This document shows, one piece after another, positions 50,945-63,569 of a stretch of DNA of 64,000 nucleotides; positions within the stretch are counted from its first letter, which is position 1, and each line of letters begins with the position of its first letter. This stretch comes from Vicugna vicugna (taxonomy: Eukaryota): positions 2,007,523 through 2,071,522 of the forward strand of contig MU058463.1 of assembly GCA_013265495.1 (NCBI GenBank), read 5' to 3'. The notes under the pieces were generated by a model. It saw only the letters and a list, made by a program, of their open reading frames with translations. It had not been told where the DNA came from and searched no databases. A program made the translations under genes and the position numbers.

Positions 50945-51433
50945 GCAGGTATCTCTTACTTAACTCTCCAAATCCACTCCTTGTCCTTCTTCTGTGTCTC
51001 AGGAGATAGATCTGCATGGACTTCATTGACAAACTCCCTGACCCTCTTGCTTTTGGTTGGATTCAGTCACTGAGGCATGAAACAAGAGATCAGAGGGTGG
51101 AACTGGGGTAGACATTCCCTGACTCCTTTACCTGGAAGGTTGGCCCTGGGCTAACTACATCCCTCCACTGGGCATCACAACTTCCGTCAGGTGGTCCTCT
51201 ACACATAGCTCTCCTCACTTTCGCTGTCTAGGTACTAGTGATGACTCCCTTCTCTGGCCTCACCAGGTCAGGGTAGTAACAGAGCGCATGGTTAGGTGGC
51301 CCTCCAGTATTGTGTTATCCTCTTTGGTTTCCCTACTCCCTGTCCAAACCTTTGCAAGCAGCCCATTTATTAAAATCCTAAATCACCTAAATTGAGTTTG
51401 CCATCAGTTCACTGTCATGCCGCTGACTGAGCC
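50945..51433 (+). mobile_element. ERVL LTR (LTR33-like)
   Basis: ccctcttgcttttggttggattcagtc...gagatcagaggg; 3' end acctttgcaagcagcccatttattaaa...ttgagtttgccatc...ctgactga. Confidence 0.75.
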
Positions 51434-51459
51434 ATTCCCTCCACAGCAAAACTCCTCAC

Positions 51460-52782
51460 ATGAGTTGTCATTTATTGTCAATGCTTCCTTTCTTCTTTAT
51501 CTGTCTTAAGAAACTCCAATCATGCTTGTGTCCCACCACTATCACAAAACAGCCACACACCCCACATTGCCAAGACCAAAGCACAGACTTGAGCCCCATC
51601 TTTCTTGGCCAATCAGCAGCCCTTGGTCCAGTGATTCTGCCATTTGTTCTTCATACACTTTGGTCACTTCTCTTCAGGGACATTATTTATAGTTCACCTT
51701 CCTTTGCTGGTTCTTCCTTAACCTCTGATATTGATGTCATAATTGCCCCAGTCTTTGGACCTCTTCTCTTCGCTATGTACCCCTCTCCTTGGTGATTTCC
51801 TTCAGTCTCATGGCCTTAACTATCATCTCAATACCAATTACTTCCAAATTCACTTATGCAGTCTGTACCTCTCCCCGAAACTCCAGACTCATATATCCAA
51901 CTGCTTCTTCAACCTGTCAATCAAAAGTTGTCTCTACTTTCACACATATAAAATCTAACCCTTGATTATTTTTTTAGCCTGCAAATGTGTAGTTGGCAAC
52001 TCAGTTTGTCTGGTTTCTCAGACCCAAAACTTTGGACCCATCTTTCTTTCTCCCATACTGTATATATTAATTCACTCTATCAGGAAATCCTGCAGACTCT
52101 GACATCAAAATGTACAGAAATCCAATGGCTTCTTAAAAATCCTCTCCAGTGTGATTTCTCACCGAGACGGGAGAAATGCCTCAGAACTGGTCTGTTTTCA
52201 CTCTTGCTTGCCCTCTGCCCAGCAGACTCCTCTTCTTAAAGCAGCCAGATTATGTTATCTGTCTGCTCAAAACCCTAGTGGCCAATGTCTTTATTGGACC
52301 TGCAGGGCCCTAAGGCACCCTGCCTCTGCCCATGTTTCTAGTCTTATCTCACACCCTTCTCCCCTTCACAGGTTGTCCTGCTAGTTTTTCTACACACCAA
52401 GCTTTTGCTCGCCTCAGGGCCTTTGCATTTATTGTTCCTTCTTCCTGGAATGTTTGTCTGCTAGATATATGTAGAGATTGCTTCCTGAGTTTTTTTATGT
52501 CTCTACTTAAACATCATGCCATCAGAGAAGCTTTCCATAAGGACTTTGTCTTGAAAAGCGCACAAATAGTCCCCCACAATGCCCCCTTAACCTGCTCCCT
52601 TTTTTACAGCAGCAATCACCACTTGCTATATTTTATGCCCATTTTTATGTCTTTGTAGACTTTTTCTTGCCCCTAGGATTAAGCTCATTGAGAGCAGAGA
52701 AATGTTTGTTTCTTATTGTATCCCCAGTACTTAGAACTGTGCCTGGGATATAGAAATGCATTTAATGAACAAACAATGAGTG
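51460..52782 (+). mobile_element. L2 (L2a-like) 3' 1.3 kb
   Basis: ggtgatttccttcagtctcatggccttaactatcatc; ctccagactcatatatccaactgc; cctcagggcctttgcatttattgttccttcttcctggaatg; tgtatccccagtacttagaactgtgcctgg. Confidence 0.85.
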
Positions 52783-52799
52783 CAAAGATGTGTGCCTTT

Positions 52800-53170
52800 T
52801 TTTATTTTTAAATGTCTATTATGAAAGTTTGAAAACATACACAAACTAGAGGAAATAATTTAACACATCTTCATTTCTTCATCAGTAAACATCAACAATT
52901 ACTAACATAAGGTCAATCTTGTTCTACTCTTCTCATTCCCCTTCCCTCCACCCACGCCCCACTAGATAGTTTTAAAGGAAGCTCCAGATTCATTTCAGGT
53001 CATTTCATCTGTAAATTATATGTGTATCTCTAATTGTCCTCTAAAAATTTATGCAGTTTATGCTCACAGTGAGCAGTGCTGAAAATTCCCATTTCCTCAT
53101 CTCCTATTCATACCAGCAGATATGATCATATAAACATTATTTTTGTCAACTTTATTGGCAAAAAAATATC
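52800..53170 (-). mobile_element. Old L1M 3' remnants
   Basis: ttattatgaaagtttgaaaacatacacaaactagaggaaata...gtcaatcttgtt...catttcatctgtaaat. Confidence 0.55.
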
Positions 53171-55729
53171 ATTTCTTTCACTTTTAAAATAAAGAGAATA
53201 ATAAATAAAAGCAATATTCCTGATGTCTGTGATAATGTCCTCTTCTTTCTGTGACCCTCAGAATTCCAAAATGCTAATAGATGAAAATGTATTAAACCAC
53301 CTTTTGTTCTCTTTTTAAAAGTTTGTTTCATATAATTATATACAATAACCTGTATAATTATGAGATGGAAGCCTTATCTTAATCCTTTCAGCACATGATA
53401 CTAAAAGGCACATTAGAAGCATCATAATTTTTCTTTGGACAAAAAGCTCTATTTTTGACTTCAACAGTTTAAGAAGAGGGTCTGGGGTGAGTAGAGCAAT
53501 TGCCAAGACACTGTCCCTAGCCAGTTGGTCACCTCCATAGGTAACCTTATATTTTAAAAAAAAAAATCTTTCTGGAGCCTTGGCTCCATCTTTGAAGCCA
53601 CCTTCCAATTCTGGATGGAGAAAGTCAGTCCAAGGTGCCCCTAGGCCTCTCATCTGCGGGACTGGAGACAGATTGCATCCTAGCAGTGCCGGGAGGGCTC
53701 AGGTGGGCGGTTCTGGCAGCCACACAAAATGGCTCTGTGACACTCTCTGGAGAAAGCCTTCTGTTCTCATGAGTGTCAGCATATTAAGCATGTACTGCAT
53801 GGAATGGGTTGGGAGGGGTTTGAAGAAGAAAACGTGAAGACAAACGGGGATATTTAAAAGCAGAAAAGAAAATCCAGTGCTCAGAACGGCATTCTTTAAC
53901 TCAGACTAGCTATAAATTTTCCCTCTTGTTGATTTCCTGTCTTGGAAAGTACCCATTAATGGAAAAAAAAAAAGTATAGGCTGGAAGCTCAACTGTGATT
54001 TTTTTTTTTAATGGTAAATCTGGTATCATTCATATCTATGAAATGTGAAAGGAAGATTTGAAAAATCTCATTTTGTCATTTGACCAAAAAGCTTGAACAA
54101 CTTATATAAAAGACACAAAAATAAATTTACAGTCTGGGTGGGGCTTGGGGAAGTGCACTTCTTCCCTCCCCCGCTACTTGCTTTATCAGCAGAGCTTAAG
54201 CTTCTCGGTCTGTCGTCACACTTGACTCCACTCCTTCCCTGCCAAGAGTCTGATGGCCAAGTTTCCGGTTAGACTGGGAGCAGGAGGAATCTTTGGTGTA
54301 ATCTGCTGGAGACCCCATCCAGCTGGATTTCTGGATGAGGAACATATTGCTTCTCCGTGTTAAGGGCTACAACAACTGGTCAACGCAAGTTCCACGCTCC
54401 ACGTGAATGGACGTTCACTAGACCGTGGACGTGGCCCACTGATCGATCAGTCTGCAAATTTAATTGGCGGTGAAGGGTGGGAGCAGAGGGCCGCAGGCAC
54501 TGAGGCCTCCTCAGGCTGATCCTTCCTGCACTTCTTGAGAGGGCTCCTGGGGATCCCAAGAGGCTTCCCCAGGTGTCCGCGGCTCCTGCCTGCCACAGTG
54601 CTGAGGGACAGGCTGGTCTTCCCATCAGTGCTCCAGAAGCCCTCGGAGCCCTCTCACGGCAGCTGCCATCCAAAGTTCACGGACTGGCCTTCTTGGGTCC
54701 CTGTCCAGGGCCTTTTAGGAATACAGATCTGAATAATACCAGATGGGACAGACTTCTGGCCTTTCCCTCAGCACCCTAGACTAAGGCTGGAGGAGGAAGA
54801 AGAGAAAAAGCAAGTCGTCTACTGCTCTCATTACAACTGTGTCTTGGTGACATTCCAGAAACCGAAGAGGCCAGCCAATGGGAGATAGGGGCTCTCATTT
54901 AACTGCTTGAAAGAGGTAGAGAGGTTTCAGTTGTACTTCAACTTACATAGCAGGTATGTTCCTAGAAATCTTTTTTTCCTCCTTTAATTTATATAAACTC
55001 ATGCTTCAAGTATACAGGAAAAAATGTCCTACTTACATGATCCATAGTAGGAAGGTATTTAAAGAGTGAAAACTTTTGAAATGAGAACAGCCTCCTACTT
55101 TATTTTGTTTTATTAATATAGTATTCTCGTTCACAAGTTGTTTAAAACTAGAATTTAAAATGTTATGTTTAAATAGAACCTGACTCAGAAGTTAAAATAG
55201 ATTGTTTTACTCATTCTTTAAAATAGCCTGATGAGGAAATAATGTACTGACTCTGACTCTGGCCAACAACACAGTTTGCAAACGGTTGATGTGACCAGTA
55301 CTTGGGTCCCCTGGTGCTAAGGTTATTACCTTTGAGATAAAGGAAGAAGTTGTAGCGATGCCTCATTGAATAAATTATTGGGGAATAAACATTTTCAATA
55401 ACAAAGTCTCTCTTTTAAAAAGAAACAAACACTTTTGAAAAGAAAGATTTGAAGATAAAGCGTTGCGCGTGAGGACTGCCCTCTGCTCCTCCATCTCCTA
55501 TTTCTGTTTCCACTCTTTGATGTCAGTCCCTCTCCATCCCACTCCAGTTCTCCCTAAAACTCTTTCTCTCATTTTCCTATTAAAATGAATTACTTAATAT
55601 CAGCTAATCAAAGAAACTTTATTATGACAGAGTTTCAGAGTATCACCCTAAGCAACAATGGAAAAAAGAAAAGTTTGTATTTCAATGTATTGGTTTAAAT
55701 ATTTTGCCTCAAGTAAAGAAAAACTTCAG

Positions 55730-55840
55730 AAAAGGTACATGCACCCCAATGTTCATAGCAGCACTATTTATAATAGCAAAGACATGGAAGCAACCTCAAT
55801 GTTCATCGAGATGACTGGATAAAGATGTGGTACATATATT
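55730..55840 (+). mobile_element. Internal L1 fragment (~110 bp), no tail
   Basis: tacatgcaccccaatgttcatagcagcactatttataatagcaaagacatggaagcaacc, near-identical to 49950-50050. Confidence 0.92.
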
Positions 55841-56859
55841 AAAAGATAACGTAGTTATCCTCTGGACCCTGTTTATAGGTTTTGGAGAATTTTCCTGTAA
55901 AGTAGGAATACAAGTCTTATTATCCTATCATTATTCCAATCCAGTTCATAAAGCTTCTGACAACATTTGAGAAGGGTCATTAGAAGATACGTTTGTCATT
56001 GGTTGAGGTATCAGTGCACCCATGTATTTTAAGTAGGAAAGACGTTCAACTGAAAATACTTGCTAAGGGACACACCTGTGGTGCCAGACAGTGGGTGTCA
56101 TCAGCCTGGAGCCCTAAGGGAAGATCACTAAGACAGAAAATCTGAGTAATCAGGAACCATGTCCAATATGGATCAGGGCAAGCTGGAGATTGGGAAACTG
56201 ATTTAAGAATTGGGATCCAAGAGTTAAACAGGGCTGGGAAAGCCAGAAAGCAAAGCTCGAGGCTAGAATAGTCAGATGTCAATAGCCAAGATCTTAATGA
56301 GCCAACAGGCCTCTGAGGTCAGGACAGATGAGATAGACAGACAGACAGGGCCAAAGTACTCAGATAGACTAAATCAAGGGCACCAGCTAAGAAATGTAAG
56401 AGCTTTGATCTTAGACTCTACTCGACACTCCTCATCTACCCACACTAGATAGACTGCTTAACACAGGGCAGAGGCTCCATCCCAGAGTCAAGAGCTGTCC
56501 AGCCATGTGGGCTCTTCTACATGCTTCATTGTTTAGCAACAAGAGATACATTTTGACAATAGAAAAAATAGGAGATAGAAGAAAAGTAGTCCTAAGACCC
56601 TAGTTAAGGGGTCTATTCTCCACTCAAACTAAATTGCATATAAAAGAAAAAATGAAACGAGGCTAATGCTTCCAGAAATTGATTTCTGAATCATTCCCAA
56701 GCTTTTCTGATCATGTCTTTCTGATGTCAGAGAAAATATCATTCCTATTTTTGCCTAAACAAGAATCTTACGTCTCCTTTGCATTGCTGAGTGGAGGTGA
56801 TTTGAAAATTAGACAGTGAAATTAGTCAGCATAGGCAGTTAACATGAGGAGCACAGATC

Positions 56860-57588
56860 TTTTGGCATGACTACCCAGAACATGACCATTTTCTTCTAAG
56901 AACTGCATCCCTCTCTCTATACATAAGAGTTGGCCTTGGCTGCCATGTTGATCCTATCCCTTTGGCAAAACCGGTTGAATTAGGGGTGGTGGTACCTAAC
57001 ACAATTTAAGCCAATCAACATTTCTCTCTTGAGAAGCTGGAACTGGGATTCAAGGATGCTAGTGAGTCTCTGCTATTGCTCAAACTAAGGATATGCAAAC
57101 ACAGGCACTATTGGAGAGTTCTTTTACCATTTGGCTGTCTAACATGGCACAATCTAGCCACATGTGGCCATTTAAATTTAAGCTTAAATTTTAAAAGTCA
57201 GCTCTTTAATTGCCCCAGCCGTATTTCAAGCACTCACATGTGGCTAAGGACTACCATATTGAATGGTGTAGATATAGAGTATTTTCATTACCTCAGACAC
57301 TTGTTGAACAGCACTGATTTACTGCATACTCAGAAAACCAAAGGAGTGCAGAGACAGGGGAGGGAAGTAAATGCGTAGAAAGAAGTAGAACTAAGAGACA
57401 AAGAAAAGCTAGGCGATCAGCTCCCTTGATTTTCAAGGCCCTTGTTTTAATCTCTAGAACAACTAAACTTTTAACTTCATTTAAACTCGATATATGTGTC
57501 TATATCCCTATAATAAATTCTCCTTTCTCACTGAAGCTAGTTTGTTTCGAGTGTTTTACTTGCAACTCAAAGATGCTAGATTAAATCA
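56860..57588 (+). mobile_element. MaLR LTR (MLT1K/L-like) split by a DNA transposon
   Basis: aagccaatcaacatttctctc...ggaactgggattc; 3' end aataaattctcctttctcactgaagctagtttg...tacttgcaactcaaaga. Confidence 0.65.
57133..57316. mobile_element. MER3-like hAT-Charlie element nested in the LTR
   Basis: ctagccacatgtggccatttaaatttaa...atttcaagcactcacatgtggcta...ttgaacagcactg. Confidence 0.8.
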
Positions 57589-58999
57589 TTAATTAATCAA
57601 TTAATCAATTCAGCCTTCCTCATCTTCCTTCTCAACACAGTGTGGCGCCAAATTACTTGGACAGTTACTGCCATTTTTCCTTCCTTTTGTCTGCCATATT
57701 TTTTTTTTACATTCATCTGCAGTAAAAATTCCAAAAACTTATGAGTAGGGGGTATTAATTTTTTTAATTTTAGATCTTCAAATAATACACTGTAGGCTAA
57801 TTCCTACAACCTGTTGGTAAAACTTGGGTGGGTTAAAGTGAGGTCTTAGGTACAGAATTAATTGGACAATGACTTGTTTACTTCCTCTGTCTAGAAAGGT
57901 ACTAAATAAAGTGGTTCCTGGAGAAACAAAAGACTAGTCAAGATGTACCCTAAATCTCACTCTTCAATATACATGTTATCGCAGAAGACTGCAGAGAACT
58001 GAATTTGTGTGACTTAGGAGCTGCCGCAGAAAGATTTTATTTCCACTCAGTATCCTTTGCTACAACTTTTTGGGAGAGAAAGCAGTGGCTTTGTATCTGC
58101 TGACATAACTTTAGAACACAGAGGCTTGCAAAGCAAGTGCAATCTTGACCTCAGGCGGGCAGAATACCTTTGATCTTCAGCAGCCACTGTAGCTGTCTGA
58201 GATTATCTCAAATGCTAAACAGAGAGAGAGCTCGCCCGAAGCTACACTGACTCCACTGCCTGCCCTGTGCAATGATCCCTTACAGGTGAAGGGGATGCCG
58301 TGAAGAGTGATTCAAGTCTGTGGGTGGGAGGGAGAGGAATTTCTACCCGGGAAATAAACAGTTGCTGCCTGAAACTCCGCCTGCTGCCCAGGGGAGGTGG
58401 ATCAGCCCCCTTACATGTTGATGGGTCTGTCTTTGTAAGTTTCTGAGTCAGATCCAGAAACATGGAGGAGAGAAGACTGGAATCAGGAAATCAAAGGAGA
58501 GCCTGAGTAGGGGCAAAAAAAAAAAAAAAAGCAACTATCGAGGCTAGATTCTGAGAGGAAAAATCTAGAAATAGAAAACTAACAAATCCAGAGAAGTGGC
58601 CCAGAAAAGACTTTCAGGAAGAGAAACGTCTCACACATTCAGGTTTAAACGTTGTTTCTTGTGAGATGCTCAATGCTCCTCTATAAAATTTTAGTCACAC
58701 CTCCTCCCAGATAACAAAGGCTCTCTTGCTGAGGGAGATGAGCTGCCTGGCACACTCGTGACAAGTGGGCAAAGACAGATCCCTCAGGATGAGGTTATTC
58801 TGTGTAATTCTTCATCGTCAGTGCTTAACTTTATTAACAGGATGGTGGCCTTGAGCAAACTTTGTGAAGCTCCTTAGTTGCACAGAAAAATACATTTCAG
58901 CCACCTTAAGTTTGACCTTCACGTTTTTGCCCAACCAAGGTTAGTGGTGGCTCAGATTTAATGTGAAGCAGTGAGAAAGGAGCAGTAGTAACAAAACCA

Positions 59000-59228
59000 G
59001 TAATAACAACCACCACGACAATAATAACTTTCATTCACTGACTATGACATTCTTGGCACCATATTGATCTGTCCATCTATCCCATCTCATCTATTCTCAC
59101 AGAAAACTTAAGTGGTTCTGCCCCATTTTGGAGATGGTATAATCAAAGTCCAGCAGGTTAAGTTATTTGCGCAAGGTTAAACTCTAAGTGATGGAAGCTG
59201 AATTTGTATCCAGGTATGCAAGTCATGG
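59000..59228 (-). mobile_element. MIR SINE
   Basis: ccccattttggagatgg...ggttaagttatttgcgcaaggtta...ctaagtgatggaagctgaatttg. Confidence 0.75.
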
Positions 59229-59234
59229 CTATAA

Positions 59235-59560
59235 TAAGAAATAAATGGCACATGTGCAAATTGGAACTTAGAGACGTTAATAAATGCATGAGGAAAGTAT
59301 AGGGAAATATTCCAGGGCTAGTTCCAGTGGGAATCATCACTATCCCTTACTATCAAAAGGGCAGGGAGGTGGTGCTTATCAGCAAACTGTGTCTTTCAGA
59401 AGCTATGAGCTGTGGTCAGGGATATAGGCAGCCCATGGTGACCATGGAGAGGAAGCCGGTAGATTTAGTATCCTGACCACACACCTTTCCCTTTCTGCTG
59501 GAGCCCCCTGCCCACCCCTAACTCCATTGGTAAAATTGAACATGAAGCCAATGCTCTTTG
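59235..59560 (-). mobile_element. ERVL LTR (LTR33-like), antisense
   Basis: atggcacatgtgcaaattgg...ttaataaa; cagcccatggtgacc...; ctccattggtaaaattgaacatgaagcca mirror the LTR at 50945-51433. Confidence 0.55.
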
Positions 59561-59864
59561 TGAGCAGATTCTTTGGGACTTTTGAGTTTCACATCTGAGT
59601 CAATGGATAAAGCAGAGAAATTGAGAACCCAGAACTGCAGAAACTAAGGAGCCAACAAGATAACAAAGACATAAAAGTCTTGGGGAGGCTTAGACTTCCC
59701 TGGGTTACAGAATTAGTGGTTTAAGACTATTATATCTAGATGTCAAGAGCTGGAAACTCTTTTGAGCTTCATTTGATGTCTGATTTGCATGAAGGTAGAG
59801 TTCACTTAGGTTTGAAGTGGTATCTACTGATTGCTGAACTTTTCATTGTTCTGAAATATATACA

Positions 59865-60204
59865 CAGTCAGTTCTGCTATACCATTTGTTTTGAAAACAC
59901 AATTTTTTTGCAACATGATGGATATGTTAGGGAACAATTTGAGCATAACTGCTTGGCAGTTTTGTCCCATAGAAACACTAGAGGGAATGCAGATAGTTGT
60001 ACCAGCTGAACAAAGCTGCACAGGAACACACAAAATACACACACACACATCCTACCTTAAACATCCACCAACTGTCTCAGTTCATTGTATGTTATGAGCC
60101 ACATTCATTCACACCTGATGTTACAACTTTCCTTGCAAATGCACAATTTTGCATAGCACAGTGATTCCTAGGAAAGAATATGTCACATTGTAACAGTACC
60201 GGGC
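59865..60204. mobile_element. TcMar-Tigger-type non-autonomous element
   Basis: Begins cagtcagttctgctata...gttttgaaaac...ttagggaacaatttgagcataac; degenerate right TIR ttgtaacagtaccg. Confidence 0.65.
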
Positions 60205-61484
60205 ATGCGTGTCACTGATGGGCCAAAGTCTTCTCTCACCAACTGGTGCTCCACCGTCTGACTTTTCCAGTCTCCGAAACATGAGATGTTCAAGCTAAAC
60301 CATGGGTGTTCTTAGAGGCTCTCCTACTTTTCTTTGCTTGTGTTTGAGCCCTTCCTTTCCCCAAATCTCTCCTGAGGGCTTTTCTCCTCACATGCTTAGT
60401 AGGCCATGGGAGAAACCATTAGAAGAAAATAGGACCCACTCTTTCTCAACCAGAGAGGTGCTAAAATTGAGGTTTAAATCTCTTATGCTTGTACTAGGTC
60501 AGAGTTTTCCTAATGCCAAACCATCCACTAGTGGTGGCCGATCACGAAGTTCTTATCGTCTTTAGGAAGAAAATTAAAATACAAATAATGTAATTTTTTA
60601 ATAAAACATTGAATAAATTGAATTTTAAGGATTATCTTTTATTCTGATCATTTTTATATGAAATGGTCATTATTTTTGGTTTTATTTTTTCTTAACACTC
60701 CTATCTTTCAAAATAAAAACAATTTTAAAGTCTATACCCCAATTTTTTTTTTAATTTACTGGAATGGAAAGTTCCAACATCTAGGCATCACTTCTCCAGA
60801 TATGTAATTCTAGTTTGCCAGCCCTCAGGGGATATGCTGGGCCTCTACTATCATCTGAATTGTGGCATTTTGGTGAATGTACTGTCAAGAGAATAGAGCC
60901 CATAAGTGCCCCTGGAGAGACCACCCAGACCCTCTTGGCCCTCTATTGAAATACTCAGAATAAAAATTTTGAATCAAAAAGTTAATTTTCTATGTTGTGT
61001 CACCTTCTGCATTCAAATAGTACAGAGACAGCTGTCCACTGTTGACACAGAGAAAGGAAACCAGACAAGCATAGCATTTTGAAACAGTGTCCAGTCCCAT
61101 GTCCTTCTCTACCGGCCCAGATGCTGAGGGAACGCGCCAGACCTGGGAGGAAGAACAGCCTCCAGACCAAAGTGGGGCAGCCAGCGGAGGCTTGGTAGGA
61201 AGGGGAGCGGTCACAGAAGCTCTAATGTGACTATTTCATTCTTATAGGAAGAACACTACATCATTTAAAATTGAAAGTGCAAGTTAACACAAATAGACTG
61301 AATTAAATGAAATAAAACACTTGTTGGTCACCTTTAATCCATCATCTGTTTCATCATGTCCAGCCCTCTGACAGATGTATTTCAAGGGACTTACACACAC
61401 ACACACACAAATATAGATATATAGAGAGGGACAGATATTCCCTGTCCTCAAGGGATTAAAATTTTAAAAAACAAAACAAAACAA

Positions 61485-61585
61485 GGTAGGGAGGGTACAG
61501 CTCAAGTGGTAGAGCGCATGCTCAGCATGCACAAGGTCCTGGGTACAAACCTAATTACCTCCCTCACAAATAATAAAAAAATAAA
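61485..61585 (+). mobile_element. tRNA-Ala-derived SINE (camelid Vic-1-like), internally deleted
   Basis: gggagggtacagctcaagtggtagagcgcatgctcagcatgcacaaggtcctgggt (A-box plus tRNA-like head), then aaacctaattacctcccc and an A-rich tail. Flanked by aaacaaaacaa repeats. Confidence 0.85.
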
Positions 61586-63569
61586 CAAAACAAAAAATAC
61601 TGGTAAGAGAATGAACTAATTAAATGATATAATAAAAACAAAAGTAGATCAAATTCAGAAAAGAAAAAAAAAGACCGTATGTTGGAATGATTAATATCAG
61701 AAACTTCAAGAAATAGAAGATAAAACACGTGGAGAAACAGCAAATAAACCAGCCTCTCTGGATGGAAGAATCAGGATGGAGAAGGGGTGGAGGGTGGAGG
61801 GTGGGGAGGCAGAGGAAATGAAGTTAACTAAGCAGACCTAATCCAGTTTATAGACAGCGTTGGATGGAGGGGAAAAATTTGCAGTCTCCTCCTCCTATTT
61901 TATTAGCTCCTTTTTAATATGTTTTCTTACTTCTAATTCCCCTTTCTCTCTAATTCCACGGACTTTACTCCTTACTCAAAAGTTCGCAAAATGTAGCAGA
62001 CCCTAAATTCTATGAACAGTCATTCCACCCTGAGGGACTGTGTCTTGTCTTTGCAAAGATGTGCCAGGTCAAGTTAAGGAGATACTGTCCAGAGGGACCG
62101 CAGGGCTGGCAGAGGCACAGGGACACAAGTGGTTCTTCACCCAAAGGAATATTACAAGATTTATATTGATCATAGTAATTCCTGGATTCCTATTATCTTT
62201 ATCTTATATATTAAACCATCACCAGGATTCCGGAAGGGAATTTAAGTCATGTGAAAAAAAATGATCATTATGAAATTCATGTAAGTAGATTATTTTGGGA
62301 GATTATATTCCTTGCAACATGCCTTTGATCAACTAGAAGGCTGCTAATACTTAACTAATACTTACTTTACTTTTACCTTGATGAGATTTTTTTCCCTGGC
62401 CTTTTAAAGCCCATTTAGTCCAAAGGGATAATGAATTATGAGCATCTAGTCTTACTTACTACTCTGCTGTCACCCTCCTAATTATTTTTGGTTTCATGGT
62501 CTTCCATGTCTAGGATAATTATTCGATAATTTCCCCCTTCTCTCTGGTACATTTAGAGTTCAGTTTGAGTGCACACGATCCCTCTCGCCCTGGAAGGAAT
62601 AACAAGAATGTTCATGTCTTGTTTTAACAAGTGGATGATCTGTCCCAGCTTCAGAGTCAGAACTTCATACTATAAAAAGGAGACCATTATGTTTAACTTT
62701 TTGCCCTGTGAGAAAAGCAGGATATGTCAAACCTCTACTTAAGTTGTTTTTTTTTTCTTTCTTTTATCCTTATGAGTCCCTCTCATGAGTTAATTTCTTT
62801 CATAGACTACATAAGCCCCTTAAAGAGCAGCACTGTTCCCTGACAAACACACTGGCACGCAGTTAATCATTAATTTTGCATGGTCCACATCTGCTGTCTG
62901 CTGGACTGTATATTGTTTGAGAGACTTCCTCCCATTAGTATAAATGCTGCTGTGTGGGGGCAGTGCGAGATCTTTATCTGAGCTATTATCAGCAGTCCAG
63001 ACAGTCTCATGCCTCCCCTTAACAAGTCCAAGTTACAGAGTTCACAAGGCTTAAACCTACAGGAATACGGTAGTATTTTTTTTTTTATATAGGAAAACAA
63101 CAGCTGCAGAAACAGACTCAGTAACACACCCCGGCTGAGTATGTGCAGATTCTAAAAACAGGTGCACCTCACAGCTATAACTGTTGTGTTCTGGAAAAAA
63201 AAATTTTTTTAAAGCATGACATTCACTTCTTCATCAGATCAAGGTCTAAACAAAGTTATGTATTAGAGGCACATAAAGAAATCCAGAAACATGATCAGCT
63301 GAAATACCAACGCTTTTTTAAAAAGCCACAAAGGTAGCGCTTAAGATTGCCAGAGCAAGATGACTTTTATTTTACTGCTGGTGAGTGGCTACTTTATGAA
63401 AGTCTAAGGAGGTAGCCAGCCGTGCACATAAAAGTTACGTTTTAATGGCAAGCAAATGAAATTATATCATCTTTCTTCTCGTCCTTGGACCTGGGCTGGG
63501 GTTCCAGTTTTATACTGCTTGGGGAGAAGTGGAAATTAGGCTGTGTGTGGGTGGAGGAGAGGCGGACTT

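Noticed and set aside
61489..61545. tRNA-Ala gene
   Set aside because: Lacks the T-arm/B-box and the 3' acceptor strand and continues into a SINE tail; it is a SINE head.
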